A DNA stretch of 63,788 nt, filler included, from Olpidium bornovanus S191 (GCA_017911155.1; 28 parts of 28 records of this genome joined end to end with filler, not necessarily neighbours in it), one strand, 5' to 3'; positions 1-12,447 are shown, counted from the first letter of the whole stretch. Program-made: numbers and translations. The notes: a model not told the origin generated them from the letters alone.

Positions 1-2200
1 CATGCAACGGTTTGACCCCACAACGACCTGCCGCATCATTCTTTACGTGTGCCGTGCCCGAACTCCGTTTATTTTTCCTTGACACTACCGGAAACGATGC
101 GTCCTAATCGGGCACAGCGATTGCGGCTGGCACTGCAAACTATGGGGATCCTACTACGGACGCCGTTATCAAATCCACTGACGTCGAGTGCGAGGAATCT
201 CGCGCGTTTGTCCCAGAAGACTATTACAATCTCCCTACAATTGATTCCAATGCAGATCGCGATGGCGAGAACGTTGTCAACAAGAACTTTTGCCCGTTTG
301 CCACGTCAGCCGGCTCGGAGGCCGAATATCTGATCGGTTGAAAAGGCTGCGCAAAGAAACGTGGCCCTCTGGGAAACCCGAACGTTTCTTCGATTGTCGC
401 GCCTAGATGCGCGAACCCACCACCGGGCGCAGCACCCGAGGCCGTGATCCTTGCCGCCGCTGAGTTTCCCCTCGCTACACTTGACGATTCCAACATTCCT
501 CGGCACCATCCGTATCTCTGCTCCTTCGGCGAAGCGATGGCTTCTCCCCAAGCAGATCGCTGGTACGCAACGATGGCGGCGGAAAATTAGGTCGTTGACC
601 GACTTCCACGTCGGCGAATCTTGTTCGTCGTCCCTCGGGGGACTAGGGGGAGGGGGGGAGGGGAACACATCTTGAAGTCAGGCCGGTTGCTTGGGTTAAA
701 TTGAGGGCCGATCTTACAATCGAAAATAAACACAAATCTCGCCACATTGTCTGAGGTTACGCTCAGCGTCCCGGCGTTGATTTTCAACGAGACATCCGCT
801 CCTGTGATCACCGGCACTTCAGCATCTTTGCCGTCACCGCTCGCCTTGGCTGGGCAGTTTTTCAATGCGACGTCCTCACAGCCTTTCTCAAAGGCCGGCC
901 TCATCTGCATCGATCAACCTCGAGGATTTGTCAACAAAGCCCGCCCGGATAATGTATGGCTTCCCCGGACGGCGCTCGGCGGCTTTAAGGAGGGCGCTTC
1001 CGAGTGGTACCAGACCGTCTGTCTCTCTCTCATTGCATGCGGTTTCTCACTCCTCTTGGTGGATCCATGCGTTCTCATTGCGAGCAAGCGAGAGAGGGGT
1101 CGATACAGGTCTGCACGCACAGGATGTATCAGCGGAGGCGGTCGGCCGCGACATCGGGGACACCCATAGAACTACGCCGCCACAACATCACGATCACGGC
1201 GCATGTCGATGAGATGCTTGATCCCCCGGCTGGCCTCCAAAATTTGTCTTCGCAATTTATGTTCATTTCAAGGTCAACACTGTAGGCAATCAAACCGCCA
1301 TATTCGACAAATACAAGCAGTTCTTCCGTAATCACTTCGGACAACGGGCTGGAGCACATCTGATTTTTTTCTGAGAGTCTAGATCTTCCGCAGCTCCTTA
1401 CCTTCAATCAATTTTCTGTTGCTCAATTCTTGGTCCGCTGTCAAATAACAGGATGCCAGTCCGCTTCATCACCCATAGAGGCGAAAAATCTTCTACTCCC
1501 TCAGACCTCTGTTGAGTCGCTGCTGACCACACAGAATGCCAGGAAGTCGTCGGATCTGCTTTACCTTGCAGTCCGGACTTGGCCCGACATCGTCAGGGCC
1601 GTCGCCGTCCTTTTGCAGTTCAACTTTGACCCCTCCGCCGCGCACTGCGACGCCGTGAAGTTGATCTGCGTTGCCTGCCGAGCAAAACGGACTTCCGCAT
1701 GTTATCTTTGAGCGGTCCCGCCGGACCTGTCACCTGGACCGCGCACCAAAATCTGGGCAAACGACACCTGAGCCCCGAATTCGGGACGCATCGCCCTGTA
1801 CGGTAGCGCGCCAATCCTGTGGCGATTCACCAAAGCAGACCCGTGTCGCCAGCTCTGCTAAGGCCGAGCACGTGGCACACCAGCTGCCGCAAGCGGCCTC
1901 CTTTGGCTACGTCGGCTCGCCCGTGCGCCCGTAGGCCGTGGCTTTGAGTATCCGATGCCGACGGCAGTACTTTTTGAAGACAACAACGGCGCTGCAGCTC
2001 TCGCCGGCGGCAACCTCAACAATCCCCCCGAACACTATATATCGGCGTCCGGATTCCGTTTTGTTCGAGACGCCGCCGCCAGCGGCGGATTGCCATAGAT
2101 CGCGCTTCAACGTTGCCGAGAGCACGACTAGCGCGGTCACCAAAACTCTTCCGGGCCACCCCTTTCTTGAGACGCGCAGTGAGATGGACGTCAAGGCCGT
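1..2200 (+). mobile_element. Degenerate Ty1/copia retrotransposon pol (integrase C-terminus, RT, RNase H), with many frameshifts and stops
   Basis: Decayed copia motifs appear in the expected order across shifting frames: DPTTDAVIKSTDVECEE (~145-200), FGEAMASPQADRW (~525), GYAQRPGVDF/NETSAPV (~755-805), DVLTAFLKG (~870), DQPRGFV..ALGGFKEGASEWY..VDPCV (910-1075), HVDEML (YVDD-like, ~1202), QEVVGS/LLYLAVRTWPDI (~1540-1590), KQTRVASSAKAEHVA (~1850), EDNNGAAALA (~1976), VTKTLP (~2136). Confidence 0.9.
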
Positions 2201-3588
2201 CAGTGTCATCCACGGAGGACAGGTGTGCTGATCAGTTGCTCCTCAGTGCGCTGGCGTGCTCTCCGGCATCGCCTGCTGCCTTTTTGTCCGTGCATATGCC
2301 ATGACCCGTGCCGAACGTTCCCACCAGGTCATTTATTTTGCCCTCACTCCTCCAGTTGCCCATTGATCCTGTCATTTGTTTTCCGCTTCGTATTTATTAT
2401 TTACCTACACTTCCCGACCTATCCGGAATTATTATATATTATGACCGCAGGGTTATTACTGTTATGCTTATAATTTTACGTAACTCGCTTATTTGCTTGC
2501 TTCTTTCTCCTCACATTCGCGTTCGAGAGGAAATGGTGACAAAAATTTAACTAATCTAAAGTGGCGTTCGTGCGGAATGTGTCTGAAGCTCTAGGAGAGA
2601 AGAGAACAGCCTCTTATTCGAACTTAAGAGACACAACTTTTTCCGGTACGTTGGCATTCCCGGCATCGGAGCTTTGAGGGCAGCGAACTGCGAACCATGC
2701 CAACTGCTGACAGTGGTTGCATCTGGCGTCTGCACAGGTAATGATCTTGCCTCTTTGGCTTTTGAATTGTGCTTGTGGATTGTATCCGCGGCAATTTGCT
2801 CTGGTTTTTCTCGGGACTTGTCCTCTCAACTGCTACCTGCAACAGCAAGTCTCCCAATAGAACAATTCCTCTCTAAAAGAACCAGAGACCTCCTTCCTCC
2901 GTTATTGTTGGTGTGGGCGAGCTGAGTTGGAGGGAGATGACATGCAAAACGTGGAAGTCATCAATCGCCAAGCGCGAAGGAGAAGACTTGGTGTCCAAGT
3001 CAGGAGCACCAAACTTTCGAGGCATTCGGACTAAAGTAAACACACAAGGCGACTGCCCGATATTTGGCAGAAATATTGCGAAAAAAGAAAAAAAAAAGTT
3101 GTGTCCACGTCACATTTGCCCATGCTTATTAGGAAGGACGAAATCAAAGTATGAACAGGGCATGGTGGTGTGATTGCAGTTCCAGTGTCGGTGAACTTCG
3201 AAATGCAGAAAGAAGACGAAGAAGAAAAAAGGAGAAAATGGAAAGGAGCGCTGCGGGGGGTTACAGGCCGTGCGCACAGGCGTGTTTTGAAATGACCCGT
3301 ATGTGCTTGCGTTTGATGCTAATCGAAAACCGAAACCTGGTTCGGTCTTTGTGGGGGGGAGTGCAGTGAACGGGGATTTTTTTTTTTTCCGGGGGAGCTC
3401 CTCTCTCCACCCCCCTCCCCCACCCCCAAAACGGCGGGCAGTCTCCCTTGGAAACAACCGCGGCGCGCCGTCGGCACGCCGCCGCTCTTTTTCTCTCCGG
3501 CGGATCCCCCGCCCCTCCCCCCACCGAGGTTCCCGCTCCTCCCCGTGCCTGCGTTCGCGCGTGTCGCAGAGGATTCCTGGAAACCGCC

Positions 3589-5328
3589 ATGCGAGCGCAG
3601 CCGTCGCCTGCGCTGCGCCTCCGGTCGCTGCGCTCCGCACTGGCCCGCGCGCCGGGCGTGCCTCCTTCCTCGTTTCTCTGCCCGGCACCGGCAACCGCGG
3701 CGTTGCCCGCCGGGCGGGGGAGCGTCGGCTTGTTTCCCCACGTCGGCCGTGCGCCGTTGCACCGCGGACCGGCCGCTGCGGCACTGGGGCCCCTCTCACG
3801 GACGCGTCCCACGGCATCGTCCTCTGACGCGCTGCGCGACGCACGAGCGGCCCCGCGCCGCCACGCGTACTACTTGAAGTTGTTGAAGGAGTTTAGGCGG
3901 AAACAACTTAATCTGCCGCTGCCGGTGGTCCACAAGTCCAAACTGGATTCACTTTTCTACCTACTCAATCAGAGTCCCATCCCGCTGCTCCGCAGCCGCG
4001 CGGCCCAGATTGAGAAGTATGGGTCGTGCCCAGTCTGCGTCAAGAAACATCCGGAGGAGGTCAATCTGCGGCAGCGCCCGAAGCATTTCTGCCCAGACTG
4101 CGGTTTCCCAACCCATTGCTCCGAAGAGCACTATACCGAGGGAATAGACGACCACGCAGAAATCTGCGACGTCCTCAGGCAGATCAACGAGGATGAACAT
4201 GATATGCGGTGCGGGAGAACGATGGAGGAGCTAGACTGTAATCCATGTATGAGGAAGCTCCGAGGAGTGCCTTGGATGCGCCGTTTGGCGCGCACTCGGC
4301 AACAAAGGCTATGATAGTATATTGACGAGGTTCATGCACCGCCCTTATTGACCGCAACCTCCAGCTTATGACGACCAGTACCCGGCGAATTTTACGAACT
4401 GGCAGACCTTTATCAGAACGCGAGCTATGCCGGGCTTCGATGAAGACGAGGAGTTTCAAGAGAGACCAGCCAGACACGTCAGCAAGCTGCTCACTTACCC
4501 CATCACGGCAGCAGCGATTCTCTACAAATTCTCGCCGTTTTTCCCCCTCTTAACCTCCGAGGGGTACAAGTCCATGACCGGTACAAAAAGGGCGATTCGT
4601 CGTGGGGAACTGTATTACCAACCCACTAACTTATCTCACCATTTGCCCACGCAGCACTTTCGCATGCGCTGAACAACAGACCAGAGGTGTCGAACCTGCC
4701 GCTGAGGCAACGGACAGTAACACCGAAGGAGACGGTGCGAGTGTTCGTGATCAATCCCCGGGGCGAAGCGAGTCTTCCGCCAGAGGCATGGGCACAGCTG
4801 CATTTACTGTTTCCGAAGCCGGCGATGCAGATCCATTTCGTGGGACCGCATGTGCCGGTGACGGACAAATTGCCCAACGACCGGTGTGTGACACCGCGGC
4901 ATGACCTGTCGCTGCACTACCATCAGGCCTCCTGGGCAGACGTTCACGCCGACAAGGTTGCGCCATTTGACCTGTACCGCGACGTGTTCTTTGTGTTCCA
5001 TCCGGGGTTCGGCCACCCGTCCAAGTTCGATGAGATGCGCGCCACGCTGTGGCAGCTCCTTGACACCAAATGCCCCATTTTCTGTACTGCGTTTAATGAG
5101 GAGGACCTTGAGAGAGACATCAACTCTCTTCAGGAGGAGGATGTTGTCGACGAGATCGACTGGCTGCTTAAACCCACCGTCAACCCGTTCCGTGCCCTGC
5201 GCTTCGAATACGACGTCCTCGATCTCCGTAACCTTGCCCAAATCAACTGGAGCATCTACGGCATCCGCGGGAAGCGCTACGAGGTCGACTATCCCAAAAA
5301 CGATATATTTCGACACCTGCTTAGGTAG
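3589..5328 (+). CDS. MSS51: Mss51, mitochondrial COX1 translational regulator (zf-Mss51 family); 3 exons: 3589-4246, 4365-4580, 4655-5328; 515 aa
   Basis: Motifs CPDCGFPTHCSEEH..INEDEHDMRCGR, NFTNWQTF, LLTYPIT, FVGP, FHPGFGHP and NWSIYGIRGKRYEV match fungal Mss51. GT-AG introns restore one frame (1548 nt); CTAAC branch at ~4626. Arg/Ala/Ser-rich presequence-like N-terminus. Confidence 0.93.
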
Positions 5329-5841
5329 CCGATCTTTTCATCGTCAGAGTATTATACAGCCCGTTCCGCACACTTGTCGTAACCTGACCGCGGATGTCCG
5401 TAGAGGCGTGTGTGAATGCTCGACATCACCGGGATTTTTTGCTCACGTACTGTCTTGTCGTTTTTATGCGCATCATGGTGACCGCGATGGCGTCCTCATA
5501 ACAATCGAACTTATGGCTTCCCCGGTCCATTGGGATGACGGCCTTCGGCTTTCCCCCGTTCCCTTCCCCTCTTCCACGAAAAAAAAGTGCACGCTCCCTG
5601 CTTGCCTTCCCCCTCCACTGTTGTCCATCAAAGGGGTGGAAGGGAAGGATGGGCCGGGGCCTGTTTTCGCACAATTGCCCCCCCCTTTTCTGCCCTCGGT
5701 TTGAGCCGACTAGGAGCTGCCCGCGGCCCAAGCCTCTGGACGGCTCAGGAGGAGGCGGGGGTTGGGGAGTTTGCGGTTGTGAAACCCGAGTTGCTCCCTG
5801 TTAGATAGCAATCATCGAAGTGTTGTACCCGCCCAGCGTAC

Positions 5842-5941
5842 NNNNNNNNNNNNNNNNNNNNNNNNNNNNNNNNNNNNNNNNNNNNTTAATTAATTAANNN
5901 NNNNNNNNNNNNNNNNNNNNNNNNNNNNNNNNNNNNNNNNN
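5842..5941. other. Artificial contig spacer, first of 27 identical ones
   Basis: 44 N + TTAATTAATTAA (stops in all six frames) + 44 N. Spacers start at 5842, 8299, 11222, 12448, 14795, 18316, 19938, 21044, 22384, 23782, 25098, 26965, 28195, 29396, 31427, 34264, 36779, 39351, 40517, 42558, 49236, 51028, 53467, 55576, 58335, 60132 and 62472. Confidence 0.99.
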
Positions 5942-5964
5942 CCCCCCCCCCCCCCCCTCCCCCG

Positions 5965-6014
<50 letters not shown>

Positions 6015-6021
6015 CACACAG

Positions 6022-7145
6022 ACAACTTCGTAGGCAACCCGCACGTCGTTTTCCCGGCGAAGTTCGACACGAGCTCCTTTCCCGGCGTCCCCTACGACGC
6101 GCCGCGCTTCCACTTCTCGTGCGAGTTTATCCGCCAGCTCGCCGCCCAGTGCGCCGCCGCGCCGCCGCCGACGACCGCCGCGCCGCGGGAAACTTCGAGG
6201 CTGCGGCGGAGGAGGGCGGCGCGCCTCGCCGCGGAGCTCGGCCCGCCGGCGGCGCCGGGAGGGGGCGCCCTCGGCGGCCGGCTGCGCAGGACGCTCCGGC
6301 GCAGCGCGCCGCAGGGCTTCCTGCTGGCCTACGAGGTGCCGCTGAAGTTCTACGTCGAGCTGCTGCTGAAGAGGGCGGCGGAGGACGCCGCCGAGGCGCT
6401 GCAGGCAGGCCGCCCCGGCGGATCCCCGTTCCCCGGGCAGGATCCCGCGGATCGCGACGACGGGGCAGGCGGTCCACCCCTGGCCTCTCCGCGCAGCGAG
6501 TCGTCTTTCGAGTTCTGCGACGGCTCCGACACCTCCGAACCCGTGATGGTCCCAGGCGAGGACGACGAGTGGGAGTCCGGCGACGTTCTGGGCATGCTGG
6601 GCAGCCTGTGCTTGGGCGGCGCCGCCGCCTTGCGCCTCGAGACCGGCGGCCCCGAAGCGTGTGACGAGAACGTCGCTACCGGACCCCTCTGCAACGTTTT
6701 CTACAAACTTCTTCCGGAGCGCTCGGGACCGCTCAAAACCCTCGTCGTGGAAATCGAGAACCCGTTCTGCCGCTACGTTTTCCACGCGATGTGCGCCTAC
6801 TATTCCCTCCACTCGTACAGTGAGTGTCGACCCCCGCGGGTTATCGCAGTCAGGAGGAGGGGGGTCGAGAGAGGAGGGGGAGGAGGAGGACGGAAAAAGG
6901 GAAGGGGGGCGGGGGGGGGGGGGTTTTTTTTTTGGTTTTTGGTTTTTTTTTTGCGGTCGCGAACTCTGCCTTCCCCGCGGTTCACGTGTGGTCGACCGCC
7001 GTTCGGCGCCGTTTTCTCCTCAGGCAGCGACACGGCCGAGGGCAAACGCCAAACGTACGTCCGCTGGGCCGGCGGCCGGGGCAAGAAGAAGCTGGTCGTC
7101 CCCCGGCGCAGCTTTTACGAGTGGCTCTTTGCGTCGCGCGACTGA
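6022..7145 (+). CDS. R3H-associated-domain / R3H-like protein, 5' partial; exons 6022-6819 and 7024-7145
   Basis: DNFVGNPH..F and LRRTLRR..GFLLAYE resemble the R3H-associated region; IENPFCRYVFHAMCAYYSLHSYS is an RxxxH-type R3H motif. Intron GTGAGT..CAG at 6820-7023. Confidence 0.7.
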
Positions 7146-7409
7146 TACGGCGGCCCGGGAGGGAGATCTCGCTATCCCGGGGGAGCTTGTCCCGACCCTC
7201 GGTTTTTTTCCATCGTTGTCGTACCCGAGGGTTCCTTTTTTTTTTTCTGTTTTACAGTTGAACCTGTAGCAGTTCAGTCTGGAAGTATAAGATTCTCTAT
7301 TATGGTTCGACCAGAGACAGATAGATATTGGCCTCGTGACCCATCAAATTCTCGACCCGAGAAATGTTAATTGTCCAACCCGTATATTTTTGTGTCTAAA
7401 CGGTATTTT

Positions 7410-7444
<35 letters not shown>

Positions 7445-7760
7445 CTCCGCCAGCAGCTCATTTGTTTTTTTTTTTCGTCTTTTCTCTGCAACTCCGACGT
7501 TGCAAAATATCCCAATCATCACGAACATTTCTTTCCGGTCATTACTTTCTTTTCTTTCCTACTTCACCGACTGCGGTTTACATTCCGCGTTTTGTTACCT
7601 CGAACGGAAATAAAAACAATCTGTTGTCATAATCACCTTTCCAATGTGTTTGTCGATGGCACCGCGTATACTGAGAGGTACGAAAGGGAGTAAGATGGAG
7701 TTGGAGAAGGGGAAAAAGAATTGTCACGCTAACAATGACGCCGAGAATACCAAGATAAAA

Positions 7761-7796
7761 TTAGGGTTAGGGTAAGCATACACGCTAACCCTAACC
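7761..7796. repeat. Inverted pair of short telomere-type repeats: (TTAGGG)2, 12-nt spacer, CTAACCCTAACC
   Basis: Read directly: ttagggttaggg at 7761-7772 and ctaaccctaacc at 7785-7796. Confidence 0.85.
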
Positions 7797-8398
7797 TTTG
7801 GCATCTCTATTGCGTCGAGCAAAGATGTTGAAGGACGGAATCAATGGACGGCTGAAGCGAACCATGGTCACTGACATATCGTTGTATATCGTCTAAGAGC
7901 AAACGTGCTTCATCGGACATCTTCTCTAGTTCGTTCGCCTGTTGTTAACGTGCGGCAAGCAATTAGCGTAAAAGTTTGATGCCCGTAACCAGCAATCGAT
8001 TCAAATCATACCCATACGAAGTAGAAACTCTTCAATCCGGTGTCTGTGAGCATATTAATTATCGTTCGTGTAGCGTTTAAACGGTCCGACCAGTAACTTG
8101 CAGCATTCTGTGCTTCCAAAAGAAGAAATGCAAATTCCTCGACGGCCTGTGAAACATCAGCGTTTCGATGTCACGGTATGGTTAACATGAAACAATTGTT
8201 TACATACCACCCAGTAACGGGACTTCTGGAATTTCCCAGTGCTTGACTTGACCCACGCCATCAGATCTGCTGCTGTTACAACGGACCGCTGTCCCCCANN
8301 NNNNNNNNNNNNNNNNNNNNNNNNNNNNNNNNNNNNNNNNNNTTAATTAATTAANNNNNNNNNNNNNNNNNNNNNNNNNNNNNNNNNNNNNNNNNNNN

Positions 8399-9699
8399 AT
8401 AATCGCCGCCTGCCGTTCAACGAATGCCTCGGTATCCTGAGATTTGGCTTCGCTCCTCTCGCTAGTCGCGTGGCCGGGTTGCGATTAAAACCGACGTGCA
8501 CGCCGGCCAACAGCGCATGACGGCTACCAAAATCACCTTTGTTTAACTTACAGGTCGAGCTTGAGTCGATCAATTTCCGTTTTGAGCAGGAAGTCCGCTC
8601 CTGCGCCTTCTGATGCTTTGTGCTCCACGTCTTTGAGCCGTGATGCTAATTGGTCCCGTTCGGAAATGACATATTGCTGCATAATATGGCAAGGATTTAA
8701 ACGGCGGTGACGGTGAGAAAAAATTTCATGCGCATAGATCTTCACTTCGGTTGTCAAAATCTCACATATTGCTGTTTCAGCTCCTCGAAATCACGGTTTA
8801 GGTTGTGGTGAACTCGTGCCAGCTCCTCGTTCTCTTCAGCCAGATTACGAACCTGAAGAGCATGGTCTTCACTGTAGACAAGACGAGTTTTCAACGTCGT
8901 CATTTATGTAGGCACGCAATACCTGCTCAGTTCACGTACGGTGCGCCTTGGACATCGTCTCCAGCGAGTTGCTGCATAACCCGTTCGATCAAATTCATGA
9001 TGCCGTGTTGGCTTTCCTTGCGCAGCGACTGAATCTTTGCGATCTGGTCCTGGTTTGACGGGCACTGGACGGCTAGAGCCAGGACCAGCTGGCAGAGCTT
9101 CAAAGTTTCCTTGTCATTTTCCCCTTTTGCGACGGCCGTCAAGTTCGGCGCTTCCACACCGTCAAGCGACTTTCCCAACCCCTCCTCGTAGTATCTTGTG
9201 ATCAACTTCGACAACTTTTTCAGGTTGTTGAATCTCGGAACCCAGTTGTCGCTGCCTTCAGCGCGCACAGGCGCAAACCATTCGGGGTCTCTTATAACGC
9301 GAATCGATCGCGCTGGTGAGAACACTGCCAGCAAGGCCCGCGGGACTCGTGCTGCCACGGCCGTCGCTCGCAGGCACCTCCACACGGGGCCAGCGATACT
9401 CACAGCCGGGCCAAGAGCTCCGAGAGGACGACACCATCAGCCAGCTCAGAGAGCGAGGAACACCGCTTCGACAGTCGTTCGAACGTGTTGACCTGGACAC
9501 GACAGCACCCGATAAGCCAAAACGACGGTCCAACGGAGTCAGCCGCTCATTCCGCTTCCTGCGGTCCAAAGCGCGTTTCTCCGTCGCTTTCCGCGCGTCA
9601 CCTGGCCCCTTCCCGTCCAGAGAGTTGCGAAGCCAACGGCAGAAAGAAGAAAGCACCCACCCACTCAAGGAAACTTGCGGCCAGCGCCTCTACTTCCAT
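8399..9699 (-). CDS. HOK1: Hook-family dynein/early-endosome adaptor (Hok1/HookA), N-terminal part, at least 6 exons, 3' truncated by contig end
   Basis: Spliced product MEVEALAASFLEW|VNTFERLSKRCSSLSELADGVVLSELLARL|DPEWF..DNWVPRFNNLKKL..PNLTAVAK..LALAVQC..KIQSL matches the HOOK N-terminal domain, followed by coiled-coil exons. Exons 9699-9661, 9492-9404, 9290-8940, then shorter ones. Confidence 0.88.
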
Positions 9700-10513
9700 T
9701 TCGAGGCCGTTCTCTTGTTCTCTTTTTTTTTTTTTTCCCCGCGGGACCGCGTTTCGGAGAGAGTCGTGGAGGGGGGAGGGAGAGGCGGAGAGGGAGAGGC
9801 GGGGGTGGGGGTCTTGCCAGTCTTCCCCCCCGAGAGGTCGGTGACAAAAAGCACTCCCCCCTCCCCCCCCTTCACCCGGGTCTTGAAGTATGGGAAAAGT
9901 GGGGCGGGGAAGACCGCCGCCTCCCCCCCCCCCTCCCCTTCCTCTTCGCCCTCTCCCGCCCCCCTCTCCCGGCCCCCTCTTCCGCCCCCCCGGAGGACAA
10001 CCCAAACAGCCCGGAAACGGGGAGGGAGGAGGGGGAGGGAGGGGAGCGGGGGGGGGGTGCCGGGGAGGGGAAGAGAGCGCCCCCTGGAATGAAAAGTTTT
10101 CGGTGGCTCTGGCGCAGTCCCCTGCCGCCGTGGGCTCGTCCGCGGCACTTTGTCTTCGAGGCCCTTAGAGTCTCGATACGAGGACGAAGGCGCGACGGAA
10201 GGCTGTGGGTTTGAAGGTGGACCGCGACGCGACCGTGCCGTCACGGGCGACGGCACGCAACGCCTTGCCGGCGCGACCAACCCCGACGTTCCGTGGTATG
10301 GCCGTCTTCCTGCATTATTTTGCAGTTGAAATCTATATCGTCATTTGCGAGTCTGCGCTTCCAACAGGATAGGGCCGCGCCTGCTCAATCGAGTGCCATT
10401 GAAGCGTTTTCATTACCGCGCGCTCCCTTGCGACAATTGAGATTAAACTACCTGTCCGCTTCCCCATCTCGTCTGACACGATCGCCGCGCACGCAGGTGG
10501 TTCTCCGGGCAAG

Positions 10514-11221
10514 ATGCGGCGCGACGCCAGCGAGAACAACTCGGGCTCAGACGACGATGTGATCGACCTCACCGGAGAGCAACACACGCGGCAGTCGAAT
10601 GAGTTCGCGCCGGAACGTCCGTCGCGCAGTGGTGTTAGACCCTGGGCTGGTCTTCCGGCCGCGCCCTCGGAGGTCGTTACGTCGTCGGCTAACTCGCCAA
10701 CGTCCGCCTGGCTCGCACCGCGGTTCGTCATATCTTCGCCAGCAGAGGGGCTTCGCCAGCTCCGCCCTCTCCATCCTACCAAACGTCTTAACCAGATTCA
10801 AGTAGCCTCTCCAGCGGCACATACGACGACCCCGGCGAAAGCGTCCGTGCCAAAAGTCTCTGTGAGCGCCACCGTTTCTTCCACCCAACCTTACTCTTCG
10901 CACTCTGCCGTGCCCGCGGCCACGGCTGCGGTTCCCGCAATGGCGGATGATGACGTCGTTTTCTTGAGGGCAAATGAAGACGCCGCTGAAGACGTCGCTG
11001 TCTCGCCTGCACTGCGAGAATTCATCTCAAACATCCAAATGACGGATGATAGCTTTGCCTCGCTGGATCCACAAGAAGCGCGCAGGTGCCTTGGCGGCAG
11101 AAACGGGTCGCCGCACGGGATGCAATGCGATCTGTTCGACCACCAAGCGGTCGCGGTCAAGTGGATGCTTCATATGGAGAACAACACCCCGTTGGGCGGT
11201 GGTTTGCTTGCGGACGACATG
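10514..11221 (+). CDS. SNF2-family helicase N-terminus (Rad5/16-like, possibly Uls1/Ris1-like), partial; true start may lie upstream
   Basis: Ends at the contig break in LFDHQAVAVKWMLHME..GGGLLADDM (Q-motif and start of Walker A of SNF2_N). The disordered N-terminus has SIM-like DDDVIDLT and DDDVVFL. Confidence 0.8.
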
Positions 11222-11485
11222 NNNNNNNNNNNNNNNNNNNNNNNNNNNNNNNNNNNNNNNNNNNNTTAATTAATTAANNNNNNNNNNNNNNNNNNNNNNN
11301 NNNNNNNNNNNNNNNNNNNNNCATGGCGCTGCTGCCAGGTTTTTGACATTAATCGCGTTGCCGATAACCGCCGCTTCCCAAATCAGCAGGTTTCTGCGGT
11401 GGCACGAAGACCTCGGGTATTGCTCGAGAAGACCCGCAAGAGGCAGGCAGGACTCTTTTACCTGGCAGCTGGGCAAAGGGCAAGA

Positions 11486-12447
11486 ATGACTTCTTCAGCG
11501 GCCGCCGTGCAAATCGCACGCCTCTGCCGGTCTTTTCCTTGGCCCGGCGTGGCGTGTGGAGACTTGGCAGCTTCCTGTCCGGGGTCCACCCCTAGGTTAC
11601 GCCAAGCGCAGTCTGCGACAATTGCTCGTGTTCCGACTTATGAAACAAGGCCGCCGAGGAAGCGGAATCGACGCCCCGAAGTCGGCCGCCTGCTATGTCG
11701 CTGCTTTCGGACGGTAGACAGGTCGACCCGGTACTACTCCACTGCCGCTCAGCGATTGAATTCCTCGCCGTTGCCCGCGTCCGTAACGTCGGGTGGGACA
11801 AGCGAGCTGCTTAGCGCGCCGACTATCTACGCTTTATCGTCCGCGCCGGGACGAGCAGGCGTTGCTGTCATCCGCGCCTCTGGACCCAAATGTCGCGAGG
11901 TGTGCAATTTGCGGGGCGATGCCTTACGAGTCGGTGACTCCCCTCTAAAAGTTCCGCTTCCCGACAGCTGGTACGCCTCATGGCGCCTCCGCCGAAAGGG
12001 AGTAGCACCCCCTTGGAGCCGCGCCGTGTGAATTGCCGTCGCATTAGACACCCTGGTACAGGTGAAATCCTGGACCGAGGTTTGGTCGTTTTTTTCTCGG
12101 GGCCAGAAAGCTTCACAGGCGAGGACGTCGTCGAATTTCACGTTCATGGCGGAACCGCTGTCGTTGCCGGCGTGTTGGAGGCAATCCGGTCCGTAGAAGG
12201 ATGTCGGCTGGCCGAGGCAGGTGAATTCTCAAAAAGGGCAGACAGTGCTCTGATTCAGATGCTGCGTTCCTTGAATATTCACTGCGGCTTTCAACAAATC
12301 TCGGGGACCACTAATTTGACTTTCAATCGCCTTCTGAAAGGGCGTTCTTCAATGAGAAGCTTGACCTTACAGAAGTTGAAGGTCTTTCTGACCTTCTGAA
12401 TGCCGAAACCGATGCTCAGCGACGACAAGCTTTGAGGCAGGCGGGGG
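11486..12447 (+). CDS. MSS1: Mitochondrial tRNA-modification GTPase MnmE/TrmE (Mss1/GTPBP3), 3' partial; introns 11900-11967 and ~12237-12340
   Basis: [49 protein letters not shown]|[31 protein letters not shown] are TrmE N-terminal signatures. Confidence 0.93.

Noticed and set aside
2614-2829. CNHCQQLAWFAVRC, a possible gag zinc knuckle on the minus strand
   Set aside because: The His position is Trp and no other gag motif is visible; too weak to call.
7265-7345. GGTTCGA T-loop-like motif suggesting a tRNA
   Set aside because: No acceptor stem, D arm or anticodon arm can be folded around it.
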